Positions 13,261 to 29,748 of a stretch of 64,000 bases of DNA are shown piece after piece (position 1 is the stretch's first letter; every line of letters starts with the position of its first letter). Below the pieces are notes generated by a model. The model was given only the letters and a program-made list of their open reading frames with translations, searched no databases and was not told the origin of the DNA. The DNA lies in the NCBI RefSeq assembly GCF_009914755.1, contig NC_060927.1. One strand, 5' to 3'. The position numbers were made by a program, and so were the translations under genes. The DNA comes from the human T2T-CHM13v2.0 reference genome, Homo sapiens.

Positions 13261-14547
13261 GTTTCTCAGTAATCAGCTTAACAGTCCTCCTGTTCTCATT
13301 GATTATCCCTCCTATATTCCACTGCCCTTCTTCTTTCCTTTGTCCTTTCTACTGTGGCATCTGTAATCTAAAAATGATGGGCAGGCAAGTTCTTGATATG
13401 AAGAGATACAGAAGAAGTAGAAAATAAGGAGGCATTTTAAAAACAAAACAAAAAAACAACCATCAATTGAAAGCTGGTTTAGCTAGGAATTTCTGATGTT
13501 GGATGTTGACACTCTTCATTTGAAGAATGTGTATCTGAGCTCAGATACTACAGACCCTTACAAATTGTGTTTGGTTTATACTCACCTGGAAAAGAGAATG
13601 GCCTTGAGCCCTGGGGCTAACACTGTCTTTGGAAGTACTGACTCCAGATTTCTCTCTTCTTATGAAGTCTCCCTCACTCAGACTTACCCTCTTGATATCC
13701 CATATGTTCACATGGATCTGTAATTGACCTCATTTCTTGTTTTATAGCCTGTCATAGGTTAATCTCCAATAAATACTGTACCACAAGTACAGCCAAGGAA
13801 AGTTTGTGCACAGCCTGATGAAGTGAACCTCTTACTCCACTCACCAATCAGCTACAATTTTTCCTACGGCTACGATAAAAGAACAGATTTAGCATAAAGC
13901 TCTTAAAACCAGGAACAGGGCAAAAGCAAAATGTCAATGCTTGTCAAGTACCTTCACAATGATCTTCAGGTTATTTAATACAGTCTGTTTTCATCAGTCT
14001 GTCCCAATTCCTAAAAATGCTAGAGTCTCTGTTACAGAACCATATCAGAGATGTTCAGCTGTGAATTCCTGATCCAATATTGATCTTCCCTTTAAATTAG
14101 TTCAACTGCCAACTAAATCAGTTGAAATGGTAAATTCTCAAAATATGTATTTCTTTTTTGTTTATGCAATGTATAAAGAGCAAATTTAAGAAATGAATCA
14201 GATAGGTTTTATTAATTTAGCTTTCATTTATTCAACAAATATTTTTCTATTATTTATTTTTGTTAAGTATTTGGTAAGCATCTACTCTGTGCCAGGCTCT
14301 GTTCTAGGTGATAAAGGAACAATAGTGTGCAAAACAAACTTCTTGCCTTCTTGGAGCTGACATCCTATGTGAAAGACAATGTGGAAGATATAAAAATCAA
14401 TCAGTCATTTGGATTCTAGTCTTTAGGTACTTTCAGAGACTAGCTAGACAATGACAAATGCCGCAAGAGAAAAAAATATGTATATATACTGCAGGCCTTT
14501 GGAAGAATCTGTAATTGCTTCCAAGATGCAAAACCAGAAAAAAAGTT

Positions 14548-14929
14548 TGATATGGTTTAGATTTGTGTCCCCGCCCAAATTTCATGTCAAATTGTAATCC
14601 TCAGTGTTGGAGGAGGGGCCTGGTGGAAGGTGATTGAATTAAGAGATCGGATTTCCCCCTTGCTATTCTCGTGATAGTAAATTCTCATGAAATCTCGTTG
14701 TTTGAAAGTGTGTATCACCTCCCCCTTCTTTATCTCTTCCTCCTGCTCCTGCCATGTAAGATGTGCCTCCTTCCTTTTCACCTTCTGTAAGGATTGTAAG
14801 TTTCCTGAGGACTCCCCAGCCATGCTTCCTGTACAGCCTGCAGAGCTGTGAGTCAATTAAACCTCTTCTCTTTATAAATTACCCAGACTCAGACAGTTCT
14901 TTATAGCAGTGTGAGAATGAACTAATACA
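14548..14929 (+). mobile_element. MSTA-like MaLR solo LTR
   Basis: tgatatggtttagatttgtgtcc...actaataca; TG..CA ends; 5-bp TSD aagtt/aggtt. Confidence 0.9.
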
Positions 14930-15172
14930 AGGTTCAAGCCCTTGAGCAGGACTTAAAGAATGGATGAAACTGACACCTGCAAATGAGATTAGAAGAGGCT
15001 CAGAGGACAAGAGAAGAGCATGAGCAAAGATACGCAAGCAGGGAGTTAAACTGATGATTCTATGTGGCTAGAGAGTTTGTTCCAAGAAGAGGAATTGTGG
15101 GAAAGACAGTAAAAAAGTAAGTTATGGCCCAGGACCAATTAAAACCTTCCAGGCTTTAAAAACTCAAACTGA

Positions 15173-16185
15173 TCTAATTAAACTAAAGAGCTTCTGGACA
15201 GCAAAAGAAACTACCATCAGAGTGAACAGGCAACCTACAGAACGGGAGAAAATTTTTGCAATCTACTCATCTGACAAAGGGCTAATATCCAGAATCTACA
15301 ACAAACTCAAACAAAGTTACAAGAAAAAAACAAACAACCCCATCAAAAAGTGGGCAAAGGATATGAACAGACACTTCTCAAAAGAAGACATTTATGCAGC
15401 CAACAGACATATGAAAAAATGCTCATCATCACTGGCTATCAGAGAAATGCAAATCAAAACCACAATGAGATACCATCTCACACCAGTTAGAATGGTGATC
15501 ATTACAAAGTCAGGAAACAACAGGTGCTGGAGAGGATGTGGAGAATTAGGAACACTTTTACACTGTTGGTGGGACTGTAAACTAGTTCAACCATTGTGGA
15601 AGACAGTGTGGCAATTCCTCAAGTCTAGAACTAGAAATACCATTTGACCCAGCCATCCCATTACTGGGTATATACCCAAAAGATTATAAATCATGCTGCT
15701 ATAAAGACACATGCACACATATGTTTATTGTGGCACTATTCACAATAGCAAAGACTTGGAATCAACCCAAATGTCCATCAATGATAGACTGGATAAAGAA
15801 AATGTGGCACATATACACCATGGAATACTATGCAGCCATAAAAAAGGATGAGTTCATGTCCTTTGTAGGGACATGGATGAAGCTGGAAACCATCATTCTC
15901 AGCAAACTATCGCAGGGACAAAAAACCAAACACTGCATGTTCTCACTCATAGGTGGAAACTGAACAATGAGAACACTTGGACACAGGAAGGGGAACATCA
16001 CACACTGGGGCCTGTTGTGGGGTGGGAGGAGGGGGGAGGGATAGCATTAGGAGATATACCTAATGTAAATGATGAGTTAATGGGTGCAGCACACCAGAAT
16101 GGCACATGTATACATATGTAACAAACCTGCACCTTGTGCACATTCACCCTAGAACTTAAAGTATAATAATAATAATAATAATAAA
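15173..16185 (+). mobile_element. 5'-truncated L1PA4/PA5 (ORF2 C-terminus, 3'UTR, (AAT)n/A tail)
   Basis: ORF2 C-terminal peptides (ORFs 15222-15647 and 15721-15963 ending FSLIGGN); exact 15-bp TSD aaaaactcaaactga at 15158-15172 and 16186-16200; TTT/AAAA endonuclease site. Confidence 0.97.
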
Positions 16186-16329
16186 AAAAACTCAAACTGA
16201 AATGATTTCCCATCAACCATGAAATAGATCACTGAAAACAATATAAAGACAAAAGCTTTCAGTTTTCCCCCACAAAATTCTGATATTTCCCATGATGGCT
16301 TTAGTATTAGTCTGACTACATTTTTAATG

Positions 16330-16657
16330 TGTAACTGCAGACATGTTTTCAGTTTTCTTCCTCCTTCTTCCCCTCTGCCCCTCTTCTGGGCAAGCTGATA
16401 AGAAAGCCTAGTTGCTCTTTCCTGTGGCACCAACAAGGAGCTGCAACCATGAAGGATCCCTCACCTTGATCCTTCTCTTAATCACCTTTAAAACCCCAGG
16501 AAAGTCCTCGCTCCCTGCACTCTCAAATCATTTTGGACCTGCTTGAGAGGTTAGTAATAAATCTTTTCATACATTGTGTGTGTGGCTCCATCAGTCTTGA
16601 CATCTGAAGCAAATTAAGAATGAGGTCCTATTCTGTATCTACAAAGTGGCTGCAATA
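16330..16657 (+). mobile_element. ERVL LTR (MER54/MER73/MER74 group)
   Basis: ctgggcaagctgataagaaagcc, gtaataaa and catcagtcttgacatctga motifs recalled from this LTR group. Confidence 0.45.
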
Positions 16658-17781
16658 ACTATTTTAATCCTCTTTGTTAAAAGGTGATATTCCCTCAACA
16701 CAATTCAGGGCCTCTGCTCTGTTCTGATTATTGAGACACCCAAGACCATTGGCAGCAACCTAAAGTCAGATAATAGAGGGTCCTACATGCAAAAGTCATT
16801 AGAATTTTAAAGTTTTCTCTGTAGCTAAAGGACCCTTGTTTCTCGCAGTTAAGTAAAATACTTGAAGATCATGTTTACCCTAAATACATAATAGATACTA
16901 ACGGAAAGAATATTTTAGCAAGAATTGTTTCAATGACAGCAGATATTTCATAATATGCAAGTAAATTTGAGAAAAGTAGATATGTACTACAGTTATAAAT
17001 GAGTAGTGTGAGAATTTGAGCAACTTTTCATTTATTTAGTAATTGTTTATCGAGGATTTACCACATGCAGTGCACTCTGCTTATCTCTGTAGGATGTAGA
17101 AATAGATTTATTTTCCTGTAGTTACTTTATATGCAGACCTAACACATGCATTCAAACAGGTGCAACTCAGGTGTTTAATTGGCCTCACCAAAATTGAAAT
17201 GAATCTAAGAATGATGAAAATGAATTAATTGTCACTTAGCCCATAATGAGTCACTTATATTCAAGCCATTCATGGAGTATTAGGCTCTATTCTGTAATGC
17301 ATTTCATGTACAAGTCATTCCTTGGCAAAAACAAATGGCACTGAAATTTCTAAAAGCTGATAATTCTGGATGATGAATAGCATTTTTCTAAACTACGAAA
17401 TAAAATCTAATATGATGCTAGAAACATCACCCTCATAATTGAATATATTTGACAATCATATTCAGTATTTTATCATTGGTGGTATGTTACATCTTATTGA
17501 GGATTTCCTGGTTCTGTGAAATAAACCAACATCACCTTTTAAAATATAAAATATTTTAAATTCTTCTCTAATAATGCAATCTGAAAAATAAAGTTATTTT
17601 TCATTATTTGTAAACATACTGAGACATAAAGAAGAGACACAACTAATCTGGAAAAAGCAAGAGGAAAAATGCAGTAATTAATCAATATATCAAGTGTATC
17701 CACATATATGCTTTTACAGTTATTTAAGTAGATTTTCTCTCTGTGAATTCAAAGTTACTAAATCATCATCAAGAATAAAAA

Positions 17782-18231
17782 TCATGAGCCAAGATGGCCG
17801 AATAGGAACAGCTCTGGTCTACAGCTCCCAGCATGAGCGACGCAGAAGACGGGTGATTTCTGCATTTCCATCTGAGGTACCGGGTTCATCTCACTAGGGA
17901 GTGCCAGACAGTGGGTGCAGGACAGTGCGTGCAGCGCACCATGCGTGAGCCAAAGCAGGGCGAGGCATTGCCTCACTTGGGAAGCGCAAGGGGTCAGGGA
18001 GTTCCCTTTCCTAGTCAAAGAACGGGGTGACAGACGGCACCTAGAAAATTGGGTCACTCCCACCCTAATACTGTGCTTTTCTGACGGGCTTAAAAAACGG
18101 CGCACCAGGAGATTATATCCTGCACATGGCTTGGATGGTCCTACACCCACGGAGTCTCGCTGATTGCTAGCACAGCAGTCTAAGATCAAACTGCAAGGCG
18201 GCAGCAAGGCTGGGGGAGGGGCGCCCGCCAT
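17782..18231 (-). CDS. ORF0: L1 ORF0, open 149-aa extended form
   Basis: MAGAPPPALLPPCSLILDCCASNQRDSVGVGPS... is the ORF0 N-terminus (ATG at 18231); the frame stays open to a TGA at 17784-17782 in the flanking TSD. Translation not shown. Confidence 0.6.
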   Translation of the reverse strand: MAGAPPPALLPPCSLILDCCASNQRDSVGVGPSKPCAGYNLLVRRFLSPSEKHSIRVGVTQFSRCRLSPRSLTRKGNSLTPCASQVRQCLALLWLTHGALHALSCTHCLALPSEMNPVPQMEMQKSPVFCVAHAGSCRPELFLFGHLGS

Positions 18232-18808
18232 CGCCCAGGCTTGCTTAGGTAAACAAAGCAGCCGGGAAGCTCGAACTGGGCGGGGCCCACCACAGCTCAA
18301 GGAGGCCTGCCTGCCTCTGTAGGCTCCACCTCTGGGGGCAGGGCACAGACAAACAAAAAGACAGCAGTAACCTCTGCAGACTTAAATGTCCCTGTCTGAC
18401 AGCTTTGAAGAGAGCAGTGGTTCTCCCAGCACGCAGCTGGAGTTCTGAGAAAGGGCAGACTGCCTCCTCAAGTGGGTCCCTGACCCCTGACCCCCGAGCA
18501 GCCTAACTGGGAGGCACCCCCCAGTAGGGGTAGACTGCCACCTCACACGGCCAGGTACTCCTCTGAGACAAAACTTCCAGAGGAACGATCAGACAGCAGC
18601 ATTCGCAGTTCACGAAAATCCGCTGTTCTGCAGCCACTGCTGCTGATACCCAGGCAAACACGGTCTGGAGTGGACCTCTAGCAAACTCCAACAGACCTGC
18701 AGCTGAGGGTCCTGTCTGTTAGAAGGAAAACTAACAAACAGAAAGGACATCCACACCAAACACCCATCTGTACATCATCAAAGACCAAAAGTAGATAAAA
18801 CAATAAAG
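17786..18808 (+). promoter_or_regulatory. L1 5'UTR: sense promoter with YY1 site (CAAGATGGCCG, 17790-17800) and antisense promoter
   Basis: Intact YY1 motif at the 5' end; partly retained CpGs. Confidence 0.85.
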
Positions 18809-19826
18809 ATGGGGAAAAAACAGAGCAGAAAAACTGGAAACTCTAAAAAGCAGAGCGCCTCTCCTCCTCCAAAGGAACGCAGCTCCTCACCAGCAACGGA
18901 ACAAAGCTGGACTGAGAATGACCTTGATGAGTTGAGAGAAGAAGGCTTCAGACGATCAAATTACTCCGAGCTACAGGAGGAAATTCAAACCAAAGGCAAA
19001 GAAGTTAAAAACTTTGAAAAAAATTTAGACGAATGTATAACTAGAATAACCAATACAGAGAAGTGCTTAAAGGAGCTGATGGAGCTGAAAGCCAAGGCTC
19101 AAGAACTACGTGAAGAATGCAGAAGCCTCAGGAGTTGATGCAATCAACTGGAAGAAAGGGTATCAGTGATGGAAGATGAAATGAATGAAGTGAAGTGAGA
19201 AGGGAAGTTTAGAGAAAAAAGAATAAAAAGAAATGAACAAAGCCTCCAAGAAATATGGGACTATGTGAAAAGACCAAATCTACATCTGATTGGTGTACCT
19301 GAAAGTGATGGGGAGAATGGAACCAAGTTGGAAAACACTCTACAGGATATTATCCAGGAGAACTTCCCCAATCTAGCAAGGCAGGCCAACATTCAGATTC
19401 AGGAAATACAGAGGATGCCACAAAAATACTCCTCGAGAAGAGCAACTCCAAGACACATAATTGTCAGATTCACCAAAGTTGAAATGAAGGAAAAAATGTT
19501 AAGGGCAGCCAGAGAGAAAGGTCGGGTTACCCATAAAGGGAAGCCCATCAGATTAACAGCTGATCTTTCGGCAGAAACTCTACAAGCCAGAAGAGAGTGG
19601 GGGCCAATATTCAACATTCTTAAAGAAAAGAATTTTCAACCCAGAATTTCATATCCAGCCAAACTAAGCTTCATTAATGAAGGAGAAATAAAATACTTTA
19701 CAGACAAGCAAATGCTGAGAGATTTTGTCACCACCAGGGCTGCCCTAAAAGAGCTCTTGAAGGAAGCACTAAACATGGAAAGGCACAACAAAGTACCAGC
19801 TGCTGCAAAATCATGTCAAAATGTAA
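18809..19826 (+). pseudogene. ORF1: L1 ORF1p (RNA-binding chaperone), disrupted
   Basis: MGKKQSRKTGNSK...; CpG-type TGA stops at 19136-19138 and ~19196; REKG and YPAKLS motifs; +1 frameshift near 19790. Confidence 0.95.
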
Positions 19827-19874
19827 AGACCATCGAGACTAGGAAGAAACTGCATCAACTAATGAGCAAAATAA

Positions 19875-23722
<3,848 letters not shown>

Positions 23723-24929
23723 ACAATGCGAACACCTGGACACAGGAAGGGGAACATCACCCTCTGGGGACTGTTGTCGGGTCGGGGGAGGGGGGAGGGA
23801 TAGCATTAGGAGATATACCTAATGCTAAATGATGAGTTAATGGGTGCAGCACACCAGCATGGCACATGTATACATATGTAACTAACCTGCACATTGTGCA
23901 CATGTATCCTAGAACTTAAAGTATAATAATAATAAAATTTAAAAAAAAGAATAAAAATCACTAAAAGATTAAGCTTGCCTCAGTTTCGAGATAAATGTAT
24001 AAGCATTTAAAAGAGAAGCCTAAATACCACCACCAGAATATGTGGTGACGCAAGGATATTTACTAAAGAATTGAAAGTTGAGTTGCTAAACTTAATCAAC
24101 AATGTTGATAAAAATGAAGATTGCCAACGTAGGTGTTAAGTTTCCATCAGTAGTGGCAAAACTTGTGAAAACAGACTGAAGTCATTGGTACATCATTAGT
24201 GAAGACCGGACTACACCCTGAAACACATGAGATACACACCATTAACTCTTCCAAAGGCTATACTAATTCCAAACATGGAATAACTGCCACCCATTTCATG
24301 GCAAATCTCTTTCTAATGTGGATACCTTTCTTAGAAAGAAGCGATAAGCCTTTGACAAAAGCGTCCTACATGTAGAAGTGTCCTTGGCAATGATCCCTTA
24401 AAGGAAAGAAGACATTGTGCGAAAAAAAGGTAAGGACTTATAGAGAATGGACTGCCTTTCTAGGAGAACTAGGGTGAAAATGTGTGTAATTTTTTTGGGG
24501 GCATATAGATTGTAAGACAGAAAAGTCTACATTTCTTCACATCATCTTAAACCTTTAATGCCAGTGGTCCTTTTTGAGCCTGCTAGGAACTATCTTCAAT
24601 TTGTGTAAAAAGACTCAATATAAAATATAAAACAAGAGGGAAGTCTTCCCCATGCTTTGGCCTTAAGGCAATGGTCAGCTTGCAACCTCAAATTCATATA
24701 ACATTCTTTCAACAAATATGTTAAGTGCTGACTTATGCACCAGACCTCAACCTAGATGTTTAAAACATATCTGTAAAACTAAATGCCAAAGATCTCTGAG
24801 CCACCTGCTTTCTCCCCTGGATTTCTACAGTATCCTTCCCACTTTCTGCAATATTATTTCAATTTCCTCAAACTGCCAAGCGCCTCTAACCCTTACTCAG
24901 GGCAAATCATCTCAACTCCTATTTCTCAA

Positions 24930-26775
24930 AAAACTTGGAAGTACAAACTCTCTCCACTTTCTGCTACCAAATCTGTTTCTGTGCCATTTCTCTCCTCTCT
25001 GCCTATTATAAATCCCATCACTTTCAAACTTCCTAGGACCTTATGCTATCAATTTCCCCTTCATTCTGTGTCCTAAATAACTCTCTCTCCCTCTTCACTG
25101 AGTCCTTGCTTTTAGCATTTATGTTTGATCTAAACTAAAACCCCCTATTTAAAACACACACACACAGACACACACACACACATACACACACACACACACA
25201 CACACAATCTCACATCATCTTCAGCCCCTGCCTTATCATCTCCCATTGAAAGCCAAACTTCTCTTTAAGAAGGTACAAACTTCTTGCTTCCCATTGTCCT
25301 TATTTCACCAGTCCACTCATTTCAGTATGCTCTTTGCCCTCTCCACATCACGAAAATTATTTTGATAAGGGCACCAATGAATTTTATGCTACTAATATAA
25401 GTCTAATTAACACTTTTCATTTGTCATCTTACTCAGAAGTATTTGACATGTTTACCACCTTCAAATCCTCTCTCCCTTGGCTTTCATTGCATCATACTCC
25501 TACTTCTCAGCCACCTTTCAAACTGTCTACTCTTCCTTTCCTGTGTCTTTAAATACTGGAGGTCCTTGGAACTCACATTAACACCTTTATCCTCTTCACA
25601 TTCCTCTTTCTCCCTCTGGGCAAACTCATCCGTTCCCACAGTTTCATATGCTGTCATTATGATGAAAGTACCGTTCTTTTCTGACACTGTCTCTGAACTG
25701 CAAACTGTATTCCCTTGCTGACTTGAGTGCCACAGAGGCCCTGAAACTCAATGTGTCCAAAGCAAAGCTATGATCTTCCTTTCAAAACCTGCTCTTCATC
25801 CCCATTACTCTCTTATCACAGTAAATGACACTGCCGTCTACCCATTGAACATAGCGTTGGCCCTGTCTTTTTAATTCCATTTCCTACTTATTGCAAATAT
25901 GTCCATCTCTGTCCATCTCCATTATCACAAGTTTAGTCCAAGACACCATTATCTTCTTCCTGAAGTTTCTTGTTAGCCTTCCTGGAAACTCCTACCTTCC
26001 TCTAATCCTTCATCCACATTACAACTAATTTCTTTTAAAATACAAATTCCCTTAAGTCATTGTCCCATATAAACTCAACAATAGTTTCTCATTACTTTTA
26101 AGATAAATGCCTTACCTTGGCCTCCAAGGCCCTTTGGGATCTGGCTCCTGACTGCCTCTCTCACTTTTCTTGCACCATCTTCCCCCTTGCTCACCTCTTT
26201 CTAGTCACAGAAAAATCATCCTGCCTCAGAGCCTTCACACATGCTGCTGCCTCCAGTGGAGCTCTGTTTCCCCACTTCCTTACTTCTCTAAATCCTAATC
26301 AGGTATCAGCAGAAATCTTAAATTTCATACAGCCTTTGGCAATTTATCTAGCCTTTTATTGCCTCAGTTTCTTCATCTGTAAAGTGGGATAGGTATGAAG
26401 AAGAAAGTTAATACAAGAAAAATAGTTAAAATGGTGTCTAGGATATAGTAAATGCTTAATAGATGTTAGCATATTATTTGTATTATTGTTACTATCACTG
26501 TCATTATTATCTTCCTTTTCAGGAAGGCCTTCTTTTGTTCCTCACACCACACCAAATCCTCCAAGTATATGCTCTTACAACATTCCAAAATCTTCATTCA
26601 CTAGATTTAACTCAACTATGTTTAATTAACTATTCGTATAATCCCCTACAAAACTCCAAACTCCATAAGGGCAGGTACTTCATTGTGTATGTTGTCTTTT
26701 ACAGGCAAGTCTAGTGTATGCCTGGTGCATATTAGGTCCATAAGACATAACGCTAAAGTTAAAAACAAGTGAATG
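24930..26775 (+). mobile_element. Decayed L2 with nested (CA)n (25154-25206) and MIR (~26330-26480)
   Basis: L2 body text (aaactcaatgtgtccaaagc, ggcctccaaggccctttgggatctggctcctg), L2 3' end tgcctggtgcatattagg...gtgaatgaat; MIR core gcctcagtttcttcatctgtaaagtggg. Confidence 0.7.
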
Positions 26776-27031
26776 AATCACAATTTACTCTTTGCTATTA
26801 TTTTGTCTCAAATATCTGGGAGCACTCATGTCCTATTGCCATAACTGACCTAACCCCCTTGGGTAGTGCCAGAAGATGTAATTTGTCTCCTTGGGTCCTT
26901 GAATCACAATCTGCTCTTCATTCATTTTTTTTTTGTCTCAAACATCTTGGAGCACTCATATCCTATTGCCATAATTGACCTACTCCGTCTTGGGTAGTGC
27001 CAGAAGACGTAATTTGCCTCCTTGGGTCCTT
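26775..27031. repeat. Two-copy tandem duplication, ~126-130 bp unit
   Basis: Units 26775-26900 and 26901-27031 both read gaatcacaat...tttgtctcaaa.atct.ggagcactcat.tcctattgccataa.tgacc...gggtagtgccagaaga.gtaatttg.ctccttgggtcctt. Confidence 0.92.
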
Positions 27032-27485
27032 TAATGAATTGAATTGTGTTCTCTCAAAAGATATACTGAAATCCTCAACCCCTGCTGCCTATAAATGTGA
27101 CCTTTATTTGGAATAGCATCTTTGCCAATGTAATCAAGTAATATAAGATCATTAGGGTGGGCTCCGATCCAATATGATTTGTGTCTTTATATGAGGAAAA
27201 TGTGGACATAAACACTGAGAGGAGAATGCCATCTGAAGACAGGGAGATGGCCATGTGAAGACAGAGGCAGAGATTGGAGGAGTTATGTTGCCACAAGCCA
27301 AGGAGCACTAGGATTACCAGAAGCTGAAAGAGACAAGGAAGGATCCTCTCCTAGGGGCTTTGGAGGGAGCAGAGCCCTGACAACACCTTGACTTCTAACT
27401 TCTAGAACTGCAAAAGAATAAATTTCTGTTACTTTAAGCCAGCATTTGTAGTACTTTGGTACAGCAGCCCTGAGAAACTCATGCA
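27032..27485 (+). mobile_element. MLT1B/C MaLR LTR
   Basis: aatgtgacctttatttggaatagcatctttg...gccatgtgaagacagaggcagagattgg...aataaatttctgttactttaagcca...acagcagccct. Confidence 0.85.
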
Positions 27486-28382
27486 AGTCTTTTCAGAAAA
27501 GAAGTAATTCAGAAGCAGATAAACTGAGAACCTGGGCAAGTGGACAGACTGCAGAATCATCTCTGGCACTCAGTGATCTTCTTGTCCCCTCATATTCAGG
27601 ACTCACTTCACTAGCAGCCCAGGAACTCTGAAACATGAGCCAGGTGGGAGCCCCTCCAGGTCCTGCACCTGGTTCACCAAGCAACCTGGGCTTTCCAGAC
27701 AGGGCAACAGCCTGGTGTCTCCTTGGATGATGTCCAATTAATGGGTAAGGTTAGATTGACTAACAAAGGCCATTTGCAAGAGGAGACACTGGCTACTGTT
27801 TGCTCCTTGGCTGAAAAAGAAGTGTGTCCTTATAATGCATTCAACACAACTGATTATAGAATAACTTTTTCCATATTAAACAGCAGTCATTCTTTCTGCC
27901 AGTCAGCAAGCCATGATGAGTCTGAAAATGCTTAAATGGCCAACTCAGAGAATGGTGTGTTTTCACCTGTGCTTTTTTAAAGCAGGCAGCAATAGTATAC
28001 ATTTAGTCAATTGGTGGAAAGAAAGTATTTGTTCTGTCAGCTTTTGTATGCTCGGTGATTACAGAACTGCCAACATTATTATTCTTGCCGGTTCACATGG
28101 CTGCTTGACAACCTCTTATCCATTTGCATTTTCAGTAATTTTTCCAATGGTGTAATTGGAAAGCTTTAAGATTACACAAAAGTAGAAGGCTAGAGAAATC
28201 TGTGAATGCTGTCTATATTGTTTTGAATTATGGTGGCTGCAGTCTTATTACCACCACTGACAGGCCTGAATTCAGATATAATCAGAGTCATTTGTTAAAT
28301 ATGAATAACAAAACTTAAGTATATGTATTTTGATAAGTTTGGCACAATAGCATTATAAAAAGAGATCTTACTATTTCTGCCA

Positions 28383-28383
<1 letters not shown>

Positions 28384-28413
<30 letters not shown>

Positions 28414-28421
28414 CACACACA
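28384..28421. repeat. (CA)n microsatellite
   Basis: Direct reading. Confidence 0.95.
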
Positions 28422-29544
28422 CGGCATTACAAATATTCTCATGCTACCTCTTGAAATGTTTTATAAAATTTTTATGATATTTCTGTTATTAAAGAAACCG
28501 CGTTTAAAGATTCAAAGAGAATTCTTTCAGGTGGACCTTATAGAAACAAAATATCTAATTGTAATTTTTTAGTGAACTTCAGACTTCAAAAGCTCCAAAA
28601 GCATTCTAGCAAAAAGACATTTCAATCCTAAGTAAATGACTACATGAGCCACTTTCATTGTTATTTTTCTCACGAGTCAAAATATATTGATATTCTCTTC
28701 AAAAGAGCAGGGTTCTAAAAAATAGAAAAACACTTATTCTTTATGAAAACTAATAAAACCTTTAAACAATGAAGTCAGTTCCACCTAATCTACATACAAT
28801 TTGCTCTTGCTTGAAATTCCATTATCAAGTCCACAAAAGTGCTTAGACATTTGGAGTGGAGAACTGCATTTATGAAAGTGTGAGTGACTCCAGGAGGTTT
28901 TATCAGTTTATCCATTTACCCATTTCTGTAGGTGTTGACTGTTCTCTCACACTTATCTCTCTACTGCAAAATGTCCAGCAGGGTGGTTCCAAACTATGGG
29001 TCTTTGACAAGTGTGAGGCCATTGATTTATTTAAAATATCTAAAAATTTATATGCAGCCAGGCATTATCTGTAGTCAGAATAATTTTTCATACAAATAAT
29101 TTTTCAAGTACAGATTGAACCTGCTGTGATTAAAATAAAATTACTTTTCAAAAAATTATATTATTCATCATAGTTTTTAAATTTATTTTCTCTATCATCA
29201 GATATAAAAAGCAGTTACTTTTATGTAACTGCACTAGAATATCTCAAATCTACATAAAATCAATAATAGCTACCAATTATCAAATGTTTATTATGTTTCA
29301 GGAGTTGTGGTAGGCACTTAATCTTTATCTCATTTAATTTTTACAGTAACCTTAGGTAATATTAATAAATCACAGATTATTGGATACAGCCAGAGAGTTT
29401 ATTCTCCCAAAGTCATACTGCACAAAATGTGGGTGCAGAATTCTGAAGTAGGACAAACTGAACTCTTTTTTATAAAGTAGGACCAATCTGGTTTGTCTAA
29501 AATAGGATCAGTGTAACATTTCCTGTACTGCAAAATATGATTTA

Positions 29545-29748
29545 GCCATTGGTAAGCTGGAGCCACTCATGAGAGACCATGCCAACTGTTAAATGTCCAG
29601 CAATTTTGCAAATCGATGGTTAAAATCTGGTAATTTGAACTTGGCCATGAAATATTTTCACCATGGAAATCAGAAAGCACTACAAATAAGGGTTTTTTTT
29701 ACCCCCCAGCCCTACCACCCAGGAGAACTTATTTACCAGCACACTACT
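29545..29748. mobile_element. MER63-like hAT DNA transposon remnant
   Basis: ggtaagctggagcc...ttggccatg...caccatggaaatcag...ttatttaccagcacactactg end motif. Confidence 0.55.

Noticed and set aside
24000-24436. Possible exon ending at a strong donor AAG|GTAAGG (~24430)
   Set aside because: No convincing acceptor or reading frame; single donor-like motifs are common by chance
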